From Spirochaetia bacterium (GTDB lineage Bacteria > Spirochaetota > Spirochaetia > CADAEX01): DNA of 64,000 nucleotides. Shown here in pieces: positions 51,687 to 60,724 of this stretch. The stretch is taken from contig CAXXHA010000013.1 in NCBI GenBank assembly GCA_963662265.2, forward strand, positions 1 to 64,000, written 5' to 3'. Within the stretch, counting starts at the first letter, position 1, and each line of letters begins with the position of its first letter. A program made the translations under genes and the position numbers. The notes beneath the pieces are model-generated. The model was not told the DNA's origin and ran no database searches. It worked only from the letters and a program-made list of their open reading frames with translations.

Positions 51687-52403
51687 TTATCTTTTTACAG
51701 CATCAAGGTCGCCTGATATGGTCAGAATATTTCCTTTCAGTTCTGCCTTCAGAGTACCTTTCCAGTAATACATTGATTCAGGAGAAGCCCCGTCCTTGAA
51801 TATTTTACCTGTTTTTTTACCGCTTCCGGGAGCAACTTCTTTTCCTCCCGGTATAGAAGAATTCCAGACCTTTTTCCAGTCAACTTTATCTGCCATACCG
51901 TTTGAAGAGAAGTCTTTTGAAATAACCTGAGGTTTCCCTCTTGGAATGAATCCTATTGCTCTCTTTTCAAATGATCCGTCAGGCAGTGAGATGTTGCCGT
52001 TTCTATCTGTAATAATTTTATAAGCTGTCCCCCTGTGTGTATACTGTATTGTTATTACACCGTTTACATTTTTTGCATTAAGATTGTCGATTTTTGCCTG
52101 TTCAGAACCTGCAACACCGAAAAGAAAAAGTCCCCTCAATCCATCTGCAAGGGCATTTTTCCCTTTTACATCGTATCGATACGGCTGAAACATTTCTGTT
52201 GATTTTTTTATTGAAGCACCCGAGACAGCGTCATAGTGGTCTTTATCAGCTGCCATGTATCTTATAGGTCCTTTAAATGAAAAGTAACTTGTTTTTGTCT
52301 TGCCTGAAACATCTACCTGGTAATCTATTGAAAGATCAGCAGCAAAAACAAATCCTCCGAGCAGAAACATTAATAATACTGTTATCAGAATTTTATTTTT
52401 CAC
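51687..52403 (-). CDS. Secreted protein with ApbE flavinylation motif (DAVSGAS)
   Basis: GTG 52403 after GGAGG; signal peptide ending VFA; DAVSGAS encoded at 52212-52232. Confidence 0.7.
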   Translation of the reverse strand: MKNKILITVLLMFLLGGFVFAADLSIDYQVDVSGKTKTSYFSFKGPIRYMAADKDHYDAVSGASIKKSTEMFQPYRYDVKGKNALADGLRGLFLFGVAGSEQAKIDNLNAKNVNGVITIQYTHRGTAYKIITDRNGNISLPDGSFEKRAIGFIPRGKPQVISKDFSSNGMADKVDWKKVWNSSIPGGKEVAPGSGKKTGKIFKDGASPESMYYWKGTLKAELKGNILTISGDLDAVKR

Positions 52404-52621
52404 TTCTACAACCTCCATGATTTTTTGATTGTTGATAATAAAATTATTCAACGATTATTGATATATGTCAATTATTTTCCTATTATTTCTATAGGAATAA
52501 GGCTTAAATGTGTTAAATATACTGGACTTTTCATCCTTCGCATTTGATAATTATTATATTGAACTGTATCAGTTTAAAAATAATTGAATATTATGAAAAA
52601 GAAATTATATATGGAGGCTGT

Positions 52622-54817
52622 ATGGATACCAGGAAAATTGTAATACTTGGCGGCGGTTATGCCGGTATAGAGGCTGCCGGGAAACTATATAAACACTTCA
52701 GGAAAGACAAATCTGTTGAAATAACTGTAATTGACAGGAATACATATCATACACTCATGACAGAGCTGCATGAAGTTGCCGGTTCCAGGGTAGTCCCTGA
52801 TTCTGTGATGATAAGCTACGAAAGAATTTTTTCCGGAACAGATATAAAGCTTGTCAGTGATAATATAATTGGAATTGATTATGAGAAAAAGATACTTGTT
52901 TCTGATTTGAATCGTTATGAATATGATTATCTGATATTGGGAACAGGGGGTGCTCCTGAATTTTTTGATCTTCCCGGAATACAGGAAAATTCATTTTCTC
53001 TCTGGTCTCTTGAGGATGCAGTCAAAATCAGGGAGCATATTGAGGAGCAGTTCCGTCTTGCCGCAAAAGAACCTGATAAAGACAAAAGGGAAAAGATGCT
53101 GACATTCACGGTTGCAGGAGCAGGGTTTACAGGTATAGAGCTGATAGGCGAGATTGCAGAAAGAAAAGATATACTGTGCAGGAGATATCATATAGATGCA
53201 AGTTGTGTAAACCTGATTGTGATTGAAGCACTTGATTCGATTCTGCCGATTATTGAAGAAAATCTGAGAGCAAAAGCGTTTAAGTATATGAGAAAAAAGG
53301 GAATTCAGGTATTTCTCGGGAAAAGAATACTTGAAGTTTCAGATGGAAGCGTTGTTCTTGATGATGGGACAGAAATTGATGCAGGTACTTTTGTCTGGAC
53401 CTGTGGTATTCATGGATCTGAATTTACTTCCCGCATTGATATAGAAAAAGGGAGCGAAGCATTCGGTAAATGCAGCATTGCATCGGCAAGCGGAATACAC
53501 GGTATGAGCGGAAGCAGGTTTGAAGTAGATGAGATCAGGTTAGTGGCAAAGAGGGGGAGGATACTTGTCAATAAATTCATGCAGACTCCTGATCATCCTG
53601 ATATCTATGCTGTCGGTGATAATATGTGGTTTATTGAAGATGAAAAGCCCCTTCCCCAGATTGTTGAGACAGCACTTCAGACAGGTAAAACAGCAGCTGA
53701 AAATATAATTGCAGATATAAAAGGTCTGGAAAAGAAAGCCTTTAAATCAAACTATCACGGGTTCATGGTCTCAATAGGGAGCAGATATGCTGTTTCAAAT
53801 GCAGGAGGGCTGAAGCTTTCCGGTTTTTTTGCGATGGCTATGAAGCATATTGTCAATCTTCATTATCTTTTCGGTCTTGCCGGCCTGAATACTGTATGGG
53901 GGTACCTGAAACATGAGTTTTTCGATATGAAAGACAGGCGGACTTTTATCGGTGAACACCTTTCATGGAAGATTCAGGGTTGGTGGGGAGTTCCTCTCCG
54001 GCTCTGGCTGGGTATTATGTGGCTTGCCGAAGGTGCCAATAAGATTGGTGAGGGATGGCTCTCTTTTTCTTCAGGCTCAAAATCCGGATGGATGTTCAGC
54101 CCGGGAGTAATACAGAGAGGTGTTGAAGTTGCACCTGATGCAGTAGGTTCAGCGACAGGAGCAGCGGAAGGAGCGGCTGAGTATGCTGCAGATGTGGTAA
54201 CAGCAGCGACAGGAGCAGCGGAAGGAGCGGCTGAATATGCGGCAGATGCGGTAACCGCAGCGACAGGAGCAGCGGAAGGAGCGGCTGAATATGCGGCAGA
54301 TGTGGTAACCGCAGCGACAGGAGCAGCAGAAGGTGCTGTTGAAATAGCAGCAGATCATATTGCCTGGGCATTCGGTAAAATATGGGATACAGGCAAATCA
54401 ATTATTCCGTATGATTCCTTTATTGTTACATGGTTCAGGGAAACTTTCATGGATAACATGATGGCTTATATCAGTTATCCCCTGTTTCAGTTAATGATAG
54501 TTTCAGTTGAAATTGCTATAGGGCTTGCCCTTCTGGGCGGACTTTTTACATGGCTTGTAGCTGCAGGATCTATCGCAATGTGCGGTGTATTTATACTTTC
54601 CGGAATGTTCAGCTGGGATCAGCTCTGGTTTGTATTTGGAGCTTTTCTCCTTCTCGGCGGTGCAGGCAGGAGTTTCGGGTTTGATCACTGGGTAATGCCT
54701 TTTATTAAAAGACTGTGGAATGCTTCATCAATAGCCAGGAAAACTCATCTCTATATAAATGAACCTGTCAGCAGAAAGAAGGGTAAAATAAACAAGGCTG
54801 AAGGAAAAAATAAATAA
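52622..54817 (+). CDS. ndh: Type II NADH:quinone oxidoreductase with C-terminal DoxX/TQO-like membrane domain (Ndh2/EET-like)
   Basis: GGGYAG, GAGFTGIE, YAVGD, PQIVETALQ; C-terminal LRLWLG...EIAIGLALLGG...GAGRSFGFD; ATG 52622 after GGAGG. Confidence 0.88.
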   Translation: MDTRKIVILGGGYAGIEAAGKLYKHFRKDKSVEITVIDRNTYHTLMTELHEVAGSRVVPDSVMISYERIFSGTDIKLVSDNIIGIDYEKKILVSDLNRYEYDYLILGTGGAPEFFDLPGIQENSFSLWSLEDAVKIREHIEEQFRLAAKEPDKDKREKMLTFTVAGAGFTGIELIGEIAERKDILCRRYHIDASCVNLIVIEALDSILPIIEENLRAKAFKYMRKKGIQVFLGKRILEVSDGSVVLDDGTEIDAGTFVWTCGIHGSEFTSRIDIEKGSEAFGKCSIASASGIHGMSGSRFEVDEIRLVAKRGRILVNKFMQTPDHPDIYAVGDNMWFIEDEKPLPQIVETALQTGKTAAENIIADIKGLEKKAFKSNYHGFMVSIGSRYAVSNAGGLKLSGFFAMAMKHIVNLHYLFGLAGLNTVWGYLKHEFFDMKDRRTFIGEHLSWKIQGWWGVPLRLWLGIMWLAEGANKIGEGWLSFSSGSKSGWMFSPGVIQRGVEVAPDAVGSATGAAEGAAEYAADVVTAATGAAEGAAEYAADAVTAATGAAEGAAEYAADVVTAATGAAEGAVEIAADHIAWAFGKIWDTGKSIIPYDSFIVTWFRETFMDNMMAYISYPLFQLMIVSVEIAIGLALLGGLFTWLVAAGSIAMCGVFILSGMFSWDQLWFVFGAFLLLGGAGRSFGFDHWVMPFIKRLWNASSIARKTHLYINEPVSRKKGKINKAEGKNK
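54131..54356 (+). repeat. 54-bp in-frame tandem repeat (~4 copies; 18 aa ATGAAEGAAEYAADVVTA)
   Basis: AGCGACAGGAGCAGC recurs at 54151, 54205, 54259 and 54313. Confidence 0.95.
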
Positions 54818-54834
54818 ATACAAGGACTGGATAT

Positions 54835-55800
54835 TTGGTTAACGCAGTTTTAAACAGACTACATTTGGAAAAGGATCTTGAAAAGGTAAGGGAAGTAATC
54901 CTTTCTGCTTCTGATGATTCAATTCCTGTTGTCAGGGAATGTATTGAATCAATTGTTGCTTCAGGCGGGAAAATGCTCCGCCCTTTGTTTCTGATATTAT
55001 CATCCCGGATAGGGGGTGCTGACCCTGAGAGGGTCTACCGGCTTGCTGCTGGAATTGAGCTTCTTCATATATCTTCCCTTATTCATGATGATATTATTGA
55101 TAACTCCAGTAAAAGAAGGGGAATCCCCGCAGTACACAAAGTATATGGTGTAAAAAACGGAGTACTTCTGGGCGATTATTTTTTCTCACAAAGCATATCG
55201 CTTCTGACAGAAAAAATGATGATGGAAAACAGTTCTGCCGCTGCAAAGACTGTTTCGAGGATTTGTGAGAGCGAGATACTGCAGAATATTGAGAATGCGG
55301 AAAAAGACTTCAGGTTAAGGACTTATATAAGGCATATTACCGGGAAAACTGCTGTGCTTTTTATTCTCAGTTTCCATCTGGGAGCTGTTGAGGGGGGATG
55401 CTCAGGAGAGCTGCAGTCAGTATTCAGAAAGATCGGATATAATACCGGGATTGCTTTCCAGATTATAGACGACATACTTGATTTTACAGGCAGGGAAAAC
55501 AAGGTCGGAAAACCTGTGGGAAATGATCTGAGAAACGGAATTATAACTGCGCCTGCGATTTTTGCAGTACAGGAAGATCCTTCAATGGTTAATCTGCTGA
55601 GCTCTTCCAATCTCTTTAATAAAAGCAAAATAAATAAATTTATCAGTATGACAGTAAAGAACGGAGCAATTGGAAGATCCCGAAAACTGGCTTCCTCCTA
55701 CACTGACAGGGCAATAAAAGAGATAGGTAACCTGCCTGAAGGGAATGTTAAAACTGCACTACATGAACTTGTAAGCTCCCTTCTTGTCAGGGATTATTAA
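54835..55800 (+). CDS. Polyprenyl diphosphate synthase (HepT/DmkB-like)
   Basis: GGKMLRP, HDDIIDNSSKRRG, KTA, FQIIDDILD, GKPVGNDL. Confidence 0.92.
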   Translation: MVNAVLNRLHLEKDLEKVREVILSASDDSIPVVRECIESIVASGGKMLRPLFLILSSRIGGADPERVYRLAAGIELLHISSLIHDDIIDNSSKRRGIPAVHKVYGVKNGVLLGDYFFSQSISLLTEKMMMENSSAAAKTVSRICESEILQNIENAEKDFRLRTYIRHITGKTAVLFILSFHLGAVEGGCSGELQSVFRKIGYNTGIAFQIIDDILDFTGRENKVGKPVGNDLRNGIITAPAIFAVQEDPSMVNLLSSSNLFNKSKINKFISMTVKNGAIGRSRKLASSYTDRAIKEIGNLPEGNVKTALHELVSSLLVRDY

Positions 55801-56000
55801 TTCAGGGAGACAGCTGTACAGGGTATTTCCCTCCTCTGTTTTTCTCTGAATAATTTTCAGTTTTATATACATGATCTTCAGCCAGTTTTTGTTTTTCAGT
55901 ATTTTCTGATTGATTTCAAAATTAGAAATAAGAACTGCTGGATTAATAAAAAATGAGCAGATATGTCTGTCATTTAATATTAAAAAGAAAGGAAAGATTT

Positions 56001-56654
56001 ATGAATATTTCAGATATAATCAATAAAAGGCATGCTGTTAAAAGTTTTGATCCTGACAGGACGATAGAGCTTGATAAAATAAAGCAGCTTGAAAAAATAT
56101 TAAGGCTCAGCCCTTCATCAGTAAATCTTCAGCCCTGGCATTATATTATTGCAGGTACACAAGAGGGAAAGAAGCTGATAGCGGAATCAGCAACAGGCCA
56201 GTTCGCATATAACAGGGATAAAATACTCAACGCTTCTCTTGTTGTTGTCTTCTGTTCAAAGAAATCTCTTGATGATGAATATCTTAAAGGATTGATTGAG
56301 CAGGAGGATAAGGACGGCAGGTTTAAAGATGACAGGGCAAGGGAAGTTCAGTATGGTGTTAAATCCGGTTTTTCAGATCTGCACCGTAAAGAATTCCATG
56401 ACCCGGAAGAGTGGATGAAGCGCCAGGTTTATCTTTCTGCCGGTTTTTTTCTCATGGGTGCAGCTTCCCTTGATATTGATACCTGTCCCATGGAGGGATT
56501 TGACAGCAGAAAGCTGGATAAGCTTCTCAGTTTAAATAAAAGGGGATTTGAATCTTCTGTTATTGTTGCTGCAGGATACAGAAGCAGCGATGATTTTAAC
56601 GCATCTCTGCCTAAATCCAGACTGCCTTCAGATTCAGTTATAACAAGGATCTGA
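56001..56654 (+). CDS. nfsB: Oxygen-insensitive NAD(P)H nitroreductase (NfsB-like)
   Basis: RHAVKSFD, SPSSVNLQPWH, QVYL, CPMEGFD, DFNASLPKSRL. Confidence 0.88.
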   Translation: MNISDIINKRHAVKSFDPDRTIELDKIKQLEKILRLSPSSVNLQPWHYIIAGTQEGKKLIAESATGQFAYNRDKILNASLVVVFCSKKSLDDEYLKGLIEQEDKDGRFKDDRAREVQYGVKSGFSDLHRKEFHDPEEWMKRQVYLSAGFFLMGAASLDIDTCPMEGFDSRKLDKLLSLNKRGFESSVIVAAGYRSSDDFNASLPKSRLPSDSVITRI

Positions 56655-56692
56655 AAAGCCGCTTTTACGGGAGACTTAAACAATACAATCTG

Positions 56693-57361
56693 TCAGATCA
56701 GACTGTTGAGCAGTTTTTTATCTTTTATTCTGATTCCGGGATATCCAGTACCAATTGCTTCTTCAGAAGCAAGTTCTTTCAATACCCTGTTGAGATGTCT
56801 GACTGATGTTCCCAGCATGGAAGCCAGGACCTCTTTTTCCGGTAGAATAATCACATTGCTGCTGCCTGATTCAGGACGAGTCATTATATAGAGTGCAAAT
56901 CTTGATTTTACCGGAAGAATATGGCCAAGTATCAATGAGGTTGAAAAGTAAAGTTTATCGACAAGCTGCTCAATAATAAATCTCAGAAAAACAGGATCTT
57001 CAAGACCGTGTTTCCTTACTTTATCCATTGGTATACCAAGAAGAACAGATGGTGCTGTTGTCATTACTGCAGTGGAGGCAGGATTGTTATTCAATATTTC
57101 CACATCCCCGAGTGCAGTAAGCGGTTTTGAGATTGCGACAACAGCCAGGGTCCCGTTTGCATTGTAATGAGCACATCTCAGTTCCCCTTCCACAAGGAGG
57201 TAGAACATTGGAATTTCTTCCTGCTCCGGGAAGATTGTTTTATAGGATTCAAATCTGTACATTTTCATGTTTTCAATGAGAACTGAGTTGAGAATATTTT
57301 TCAGACTGTATTTATCTGTATAATAATCAATTGTTTTGCCGGTGGTTTTCTCTTTTTCCAA
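56693..57361 (-). CDS. Crp/Fnr family transcriptional regulator (YeiL-like)
   Basis: cNMP domain (LGDVE) plus HTH LASMLGTSVRHLNRVL. Confidence 0.88.
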   Translation of the reverse strand: MEKEKTTGKTIDYYTDKYSLKNILNSVLIENMKMYRFESYKTIFPEQEEIPMFYLLVEGELRCAHYNANGTLAVVAISKPLTALGDVEILNNNPASTAVMTTAPSVLLGIPMDKVRKHGLEDPVFLRFIIEQLVDKLYFSTSLILGHILPVKSRFALYIMTRPESGSSNVIILPEKEVLASMLGTSVRHLNRVLKELASEEAIGTGYPGIRIKDKKLLNSLI

Positions 57362-57477
57362 TTTAATATTCTTCCCTTAAATATCTCCGGATTGTTCCGG
57401 TAGTTAAATATTACTGTTTCCCGCAGTTTTTACCTGTTCTGCTTTTTTCCACTATATCATTATAACAGAAGTCATAA

Positions 57478-57491
57478 AGGACAAATGTCCT
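57478..57491. promoter_or_regulatory. Palindromic operator, probably for the adjacent Crp/Fnr regulator
   Basis: AGGACA-AA-TGTCCT in the divergent intergenic region. Confidence 0.45.
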
Positions 57492-57545
57492 GTATAAAGA
57501 AACGAGCTCCCTGTATATTCAAATTATAACTGCAGCAGGAGGCGG

Positions 57546-57869
57546 TTGGTAATGTTTAGAAAAATACCATTATTTATATCTTTTATTATGGTGGAAAAGT
57601 CAGAGTCTGCGGAATCAGGTAATAAACTAGATAATAAACTAGATAATAAACTAGATAATAAACTAGATAATAAACTAGATAATAAACTAGATAATAAACT
57701 AGATAATAAACTAGATAATAAACTAGATAATAAACTAGATAATAAACTAGATAATCCTGCAGAACTGGACAGCGGAAAAAAATACTCCCATTATTCAGAT
57801 ATTGCAGAGGGAAATGCCCTGAATGATGCGGAACGGGAAGCAAAGTCATTGCTGTACAGGATGGTTTGA
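57546..57869 (+). CDS. Small hypothetical protein with (NKLD)11 repeat
   Basis: AGGAGG RBS; the repeat keeps frame; downstream hairpin at 57876-57900. Confidence 0.45.
   Translation: MVMFRKIPLFISFIMVEKSESAESGNKLDNKLDNKLDNKLDNKLDNKLDNKLDNKLDNKLDNKLDNKLDNPAELDSGKKYSHYSDIAEGNALNDAEREAKSLLYRMV
57621..57755 (+). repeat. 12-bp tandem repeat (AATAAACTAGAT) x11
   Basis: Perfect copies 57621-57752. Confidence 0.97.
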
Positions 57870-57929
57870 TTTAAAAACAGCTGCCAGTTTTCAGGCAGCT
57901 GTGTGGTTTCTTTATTTAATATTAAAGAG

Positions 57930-58793
57930 TTATATTTTAATTCTGTTAATATTAATGCCTTCAGACTGGACTGCTCTTGAATATTTTATTCCCGGTTTTC
58001 CGAAGACAAGAACACCCCCTATAATGTGGTCTTCCGGAATTCCCAGCTTTTTCCTGAGGTAGGGAGCTATTTCTGTCAGTACCCATTTGACCATTCCGTT
58101 CCAGAGGGTTGCAATTCCTGATGCATTTGCTGCCAGTTCAAAGTAGCTCAGGGATATTATGCAGTCTTCCATGGCAGTTGTTGCTGATTCAGGGGCAGAT
58201 GCAATAACCATATGCGGCGCTCCGCGGAAAAGTACATCGATATTCTTTTTCAGCCACAGAACCTGGAATTTTGCAAGAAGAGGAAGGTTCCTGTTTTTAT
58301 TACCCCTGTCTGCTTCATCCCTGATTGCAGAATAGAAAAGTTCCTTTAATTTGTGGAAGTCCTCTTTGTTGTCAGACACGGAAAGCAGGACACTGTTGTC
58401 ATTGTGACCTGTCGGTGCATAGGAGGCAGATTCCAGAAGAGTACTGATCTGCTCATCTGTGAGATTTTCATCTTTGTATTTTCGTACAGATCTTCTGGTT
58501 TTTATCATCCTGTTCAGAAGATCCGGGTCAGGTAGTCTGTTTTCTACCGGCAGGCTTTCATCCGGATTCTTTCCGAATATGGATATAGCCCCTTCAGGGC
58601 AGACAGCCAGGCAGTGCTGGCACCTTATGCAGTGGTTTTCCTTACCATCTTTGAGGTAAGGGTATTCCCCCATTACAATTATCATTGACGGGCAGTCCTG
58701 GGCGCAGAGCCCGCATCCTGTGCATTTTTCTTCATTAATTTCAAAATCAAGCATGAAGAATATGATAATGTTTTTATTTTTCTTTTCAAGCAT
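57930..58793 (-). CDS. Nitroreductase with N-terminal 2x[4Fe-4S] ferredoxin domain
   Basis: CTGCGLCAQDCP, CIRCQHCLAVCP, RRSVRKY, APTGHN; alternative start 58754. Confidence 0.92.
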   Translation of the reverse strand: MLEKKNKNIIIFFMLDFEINEEKCTGCGLCAQDCPSMIIVMGEYPYLKDGKENHCIRCQHCLAVCPEGAISIFGKNPDESLPVENRLPDPDLLNRMIKTRRSVRKYKDENLTDEQISTLLESASYAPTGHNDNSVLLSVSDNKEDFHKLKELFYSAIRDEADRGNKNRNLPLLAKFQVLWLKKNIDVLFRGAPHMVIASAPESATTAMEDCIISLSYFELAANASGIATLWNGMVKWVLTEIAPYLRKKLGIPEDHIIGGVLVFGKPGIKYSRAVQSEGININRIKI

Positions 58794-59025
58794 TATCAGG
58801 CTCTATTCGGATAAAAAAGACAGGGAGAGTATGCTGTTTAAGAATATCCAGGTTTTAAACCCCTTGTTGCCTCTGTTCTAAATACGTTTTCACACTGCAG
58901 CAGAGGGATTCCGCGGTTTGTGAATAATATGTTCAGTCAGGTTTTTGTTGATCAGACCTTCCGGCTTTTTGTGCCGGATGATACAGGGGGCATTATAAAA
59001 TGTTTTCAGTCGTTTTTGGATTAAT

Positions 59026-59463
59026 TTATACCCTCCGGCACCTTGTACAGCCGAGGACATGAAGGTGGTTTTTTCTCTTCGCAGTGCTGCCGTCAGGCAG
59101 GGGTTCAGCATTATTGACTATGAAATATCTGCCCATAACATAGCCGTTTAACGGGATTTCCTTTTTGCATACAGGGCATATCCGCTTTTCTGTCCCTCCC
59201 GGCGGTATGCAGTGGGGACAGCCGTATACTTCCATCAGTTTTTCAACACCGCCCGGATATCTGCCGTCAGATCCAGGTTTGACAGGATAGGTTGCTGATT
59301 TCACCTTTTCCCCTTTTTCCAGTCCTGAACCGCAGAGGGGGCAGAAGTTGCTGAATATATTCTCTTTTTCCTGCTTTTCCGGGTAATTCTGTTTCTGTAT
59401 TCTTGAAAAACTGATGAGTGCCAGCATTATTAGTATTAAAAGTGCAATTACAAGATATTCCAT
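59026..59463 (-). CDS. Membrane-anchored protein with four CxxC motifs
   Basis: N-terminal TM; CPLC, CPHC, CPVC, CTRC. Confidence 0.7.
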   Translation of the reverse strand: MEYLVIALLILIMLALISFSRIQKQNYPEKQEKENIFSNFCPLCGSGLEKGEKVKSATYPVKPGSDGRYPGGVEKLMEVYGCPHCIPPGGTEKRICPVCKKEIPLNGYVMGRYFIVNNAEPLPDGSTAKRKNHLHVLGCTRCRRV

Positions 59464-59651
59464 TTGATTTATTATTCGGCATATTTGTGCACAGATATTA
59501 AATCAGAGCAGTCTTGTTTCCTTAATTATTGATGGATTCGGTATATTTATGATTCATATTAAAGCTGAAAGGCGTATTAAAGTTTTTTCTATTGCTGTAA
59601 ATCATTTTAAATATTAGAGTTTGTACAATAAACATTAAAAAGAGAATATTT

Positions 59652-60332
59652 ATGGGTAAATTATATATAGTTGCGACTCCGATAGGGAATCTTTCAGATA
59701 TCACATTCAGGGCTGTTGAAGTCCTTAAAGAGGTTGATGTTATTGCATGTGAGGATACCAGGCATTCATCAAAGCTTTTAAACCACTACGGGATTAAGAA
59801 GCAGCTGATAAGCTATTATGCAGCAAATGAAGCGCCGGGGATTGCTAAAATTATATCATTTCTGGAAAATGGCAAGGATGTTGCGTATGTAAGTGATGCC
59901 GGTACACCCGGGATAAGTGATCCGGGAAGCACTCTCGTCAGAAAAGTGCGTAAAGAGGGTTTTGAAATTGTTCCTGTACCGGGAGTTTCTGCAATGGCTG
60001 CTCTTATAAGTGTAAGCGGAGTTGCCGGGAGAGGCATTCTTTTTGACGGATTTCCTTCCCCGAAGAAGGGGAAAAGAAGGAAAAGGGTAAAAGAACTTCT
60101 TGAAAGGGATGAAAGTTTTATAATGTATGAATCTCCGTACAGGATTGTAAAGCTTCTTGAAGATATAAATGAGCTTGATTCTGAGCGGATTGTTGTCATT
60201 GGAAGGGAGCTAACCAAGAAGTTTGAGGAAATAATAACCGGAACAGCTTCTGAAATCCTTGACAATTTTTCCGGAAGGGGTAAAATTCAAGGTGAGTTCG
60301 TAATTATTGTAACTGAGAAAAAATATGATTAA
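59652..60332 (+). CDS. rsmI: 16S rRNA (cytidine1402-2'-O)-methyltransferase
   Basis: LYIVATPIGNL, ACEDTR, SDAGTPGISDPG, YESPYR, RELTK. Confidence 0.95.
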   Translation: MGKLYIVATPIGNLSDITFRAVEVLKEVDVIACEDTRHSSKLLNHYGIKKQLISYYAANEAPGIAKIISFLENGKDVAYVSDAGTPGISDPGSTLVRKVRKEGFEIVPVPGVSAMAALISVSGVAGRGILFDGFPSPKKGKRRKRVKELLERDESFIMYESPYRIVKLLEDINELDSERIVVIGRELTKKFEEIITGTASEILDNFSGRGKIQGEFVIIVTEKKYD

Positions 60333-60357
60333 ATTTCATGCAGATATATGACGATAT
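60330..60357 (+). promoter_or_regulatory. Sigma-28 (FliA) promoter of flgM
   Basis: TAAA-N16-GACGATAT. Confidence 0.6.
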
Positions 60358-60380
60358 TGTTAGTGTAAGGATGGTGAAGA

Positions 60381-60665
60381 ATGACTATTGATAAACTTGG
60401 ATCAATTAACCCGATACAGAACTACAATAAGAGTGAAAAAACTGGTAAAGCTGCACCAAAAGCTGAACGCGATTCCATAAGTGTTTCTTCCGAAGCCAGA
60501 GCAATGGGTGAAGTCTTTCAGGTTGCTGAAGCTGTAAGGGAAACTCCTGATATCAGAATGGACAGAGTTGAAGAGGTCCGTGCCAAACTTAATGATCCTG
60601 ATTATATCAACGACACAGTAATCAATAGTGTAGCTGATAAAATAATGGATATGTTTAATATATAA
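60381..60665 (+). CDS. flgM: Anti-sigma-28 factor FlgM
   Basis: DSISVSSEA...PDIRMDRVEEVRAKL...Y...VADKI. Confidence 0.88.
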   Translation: MTIDKLGSINPIQNYNKSEKTGKAAPKAERDSISVSSEARAMGEVFQVAEAVRETPDIRMDRVEEVRAKLNDPDYINDTVINSVADKIMDMFNI

Positions 60666-60724
60666 TATTATTATTTAATTGTAATGAAGGGCAGAGAATG
60701 GGTTTTATTCTCTGCTTTTTTTTT

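Noticed and set aside
54096-54401. Repetitive minus-strand ORFs
   Set aside because: Antisense reading of the 54-bp Ndh repeat.
57621-57755. Possible CRISPR array
   Set aside because: Head-to-tail 12-bp repeats with no spacers and no cas genes; it is a VNTR.
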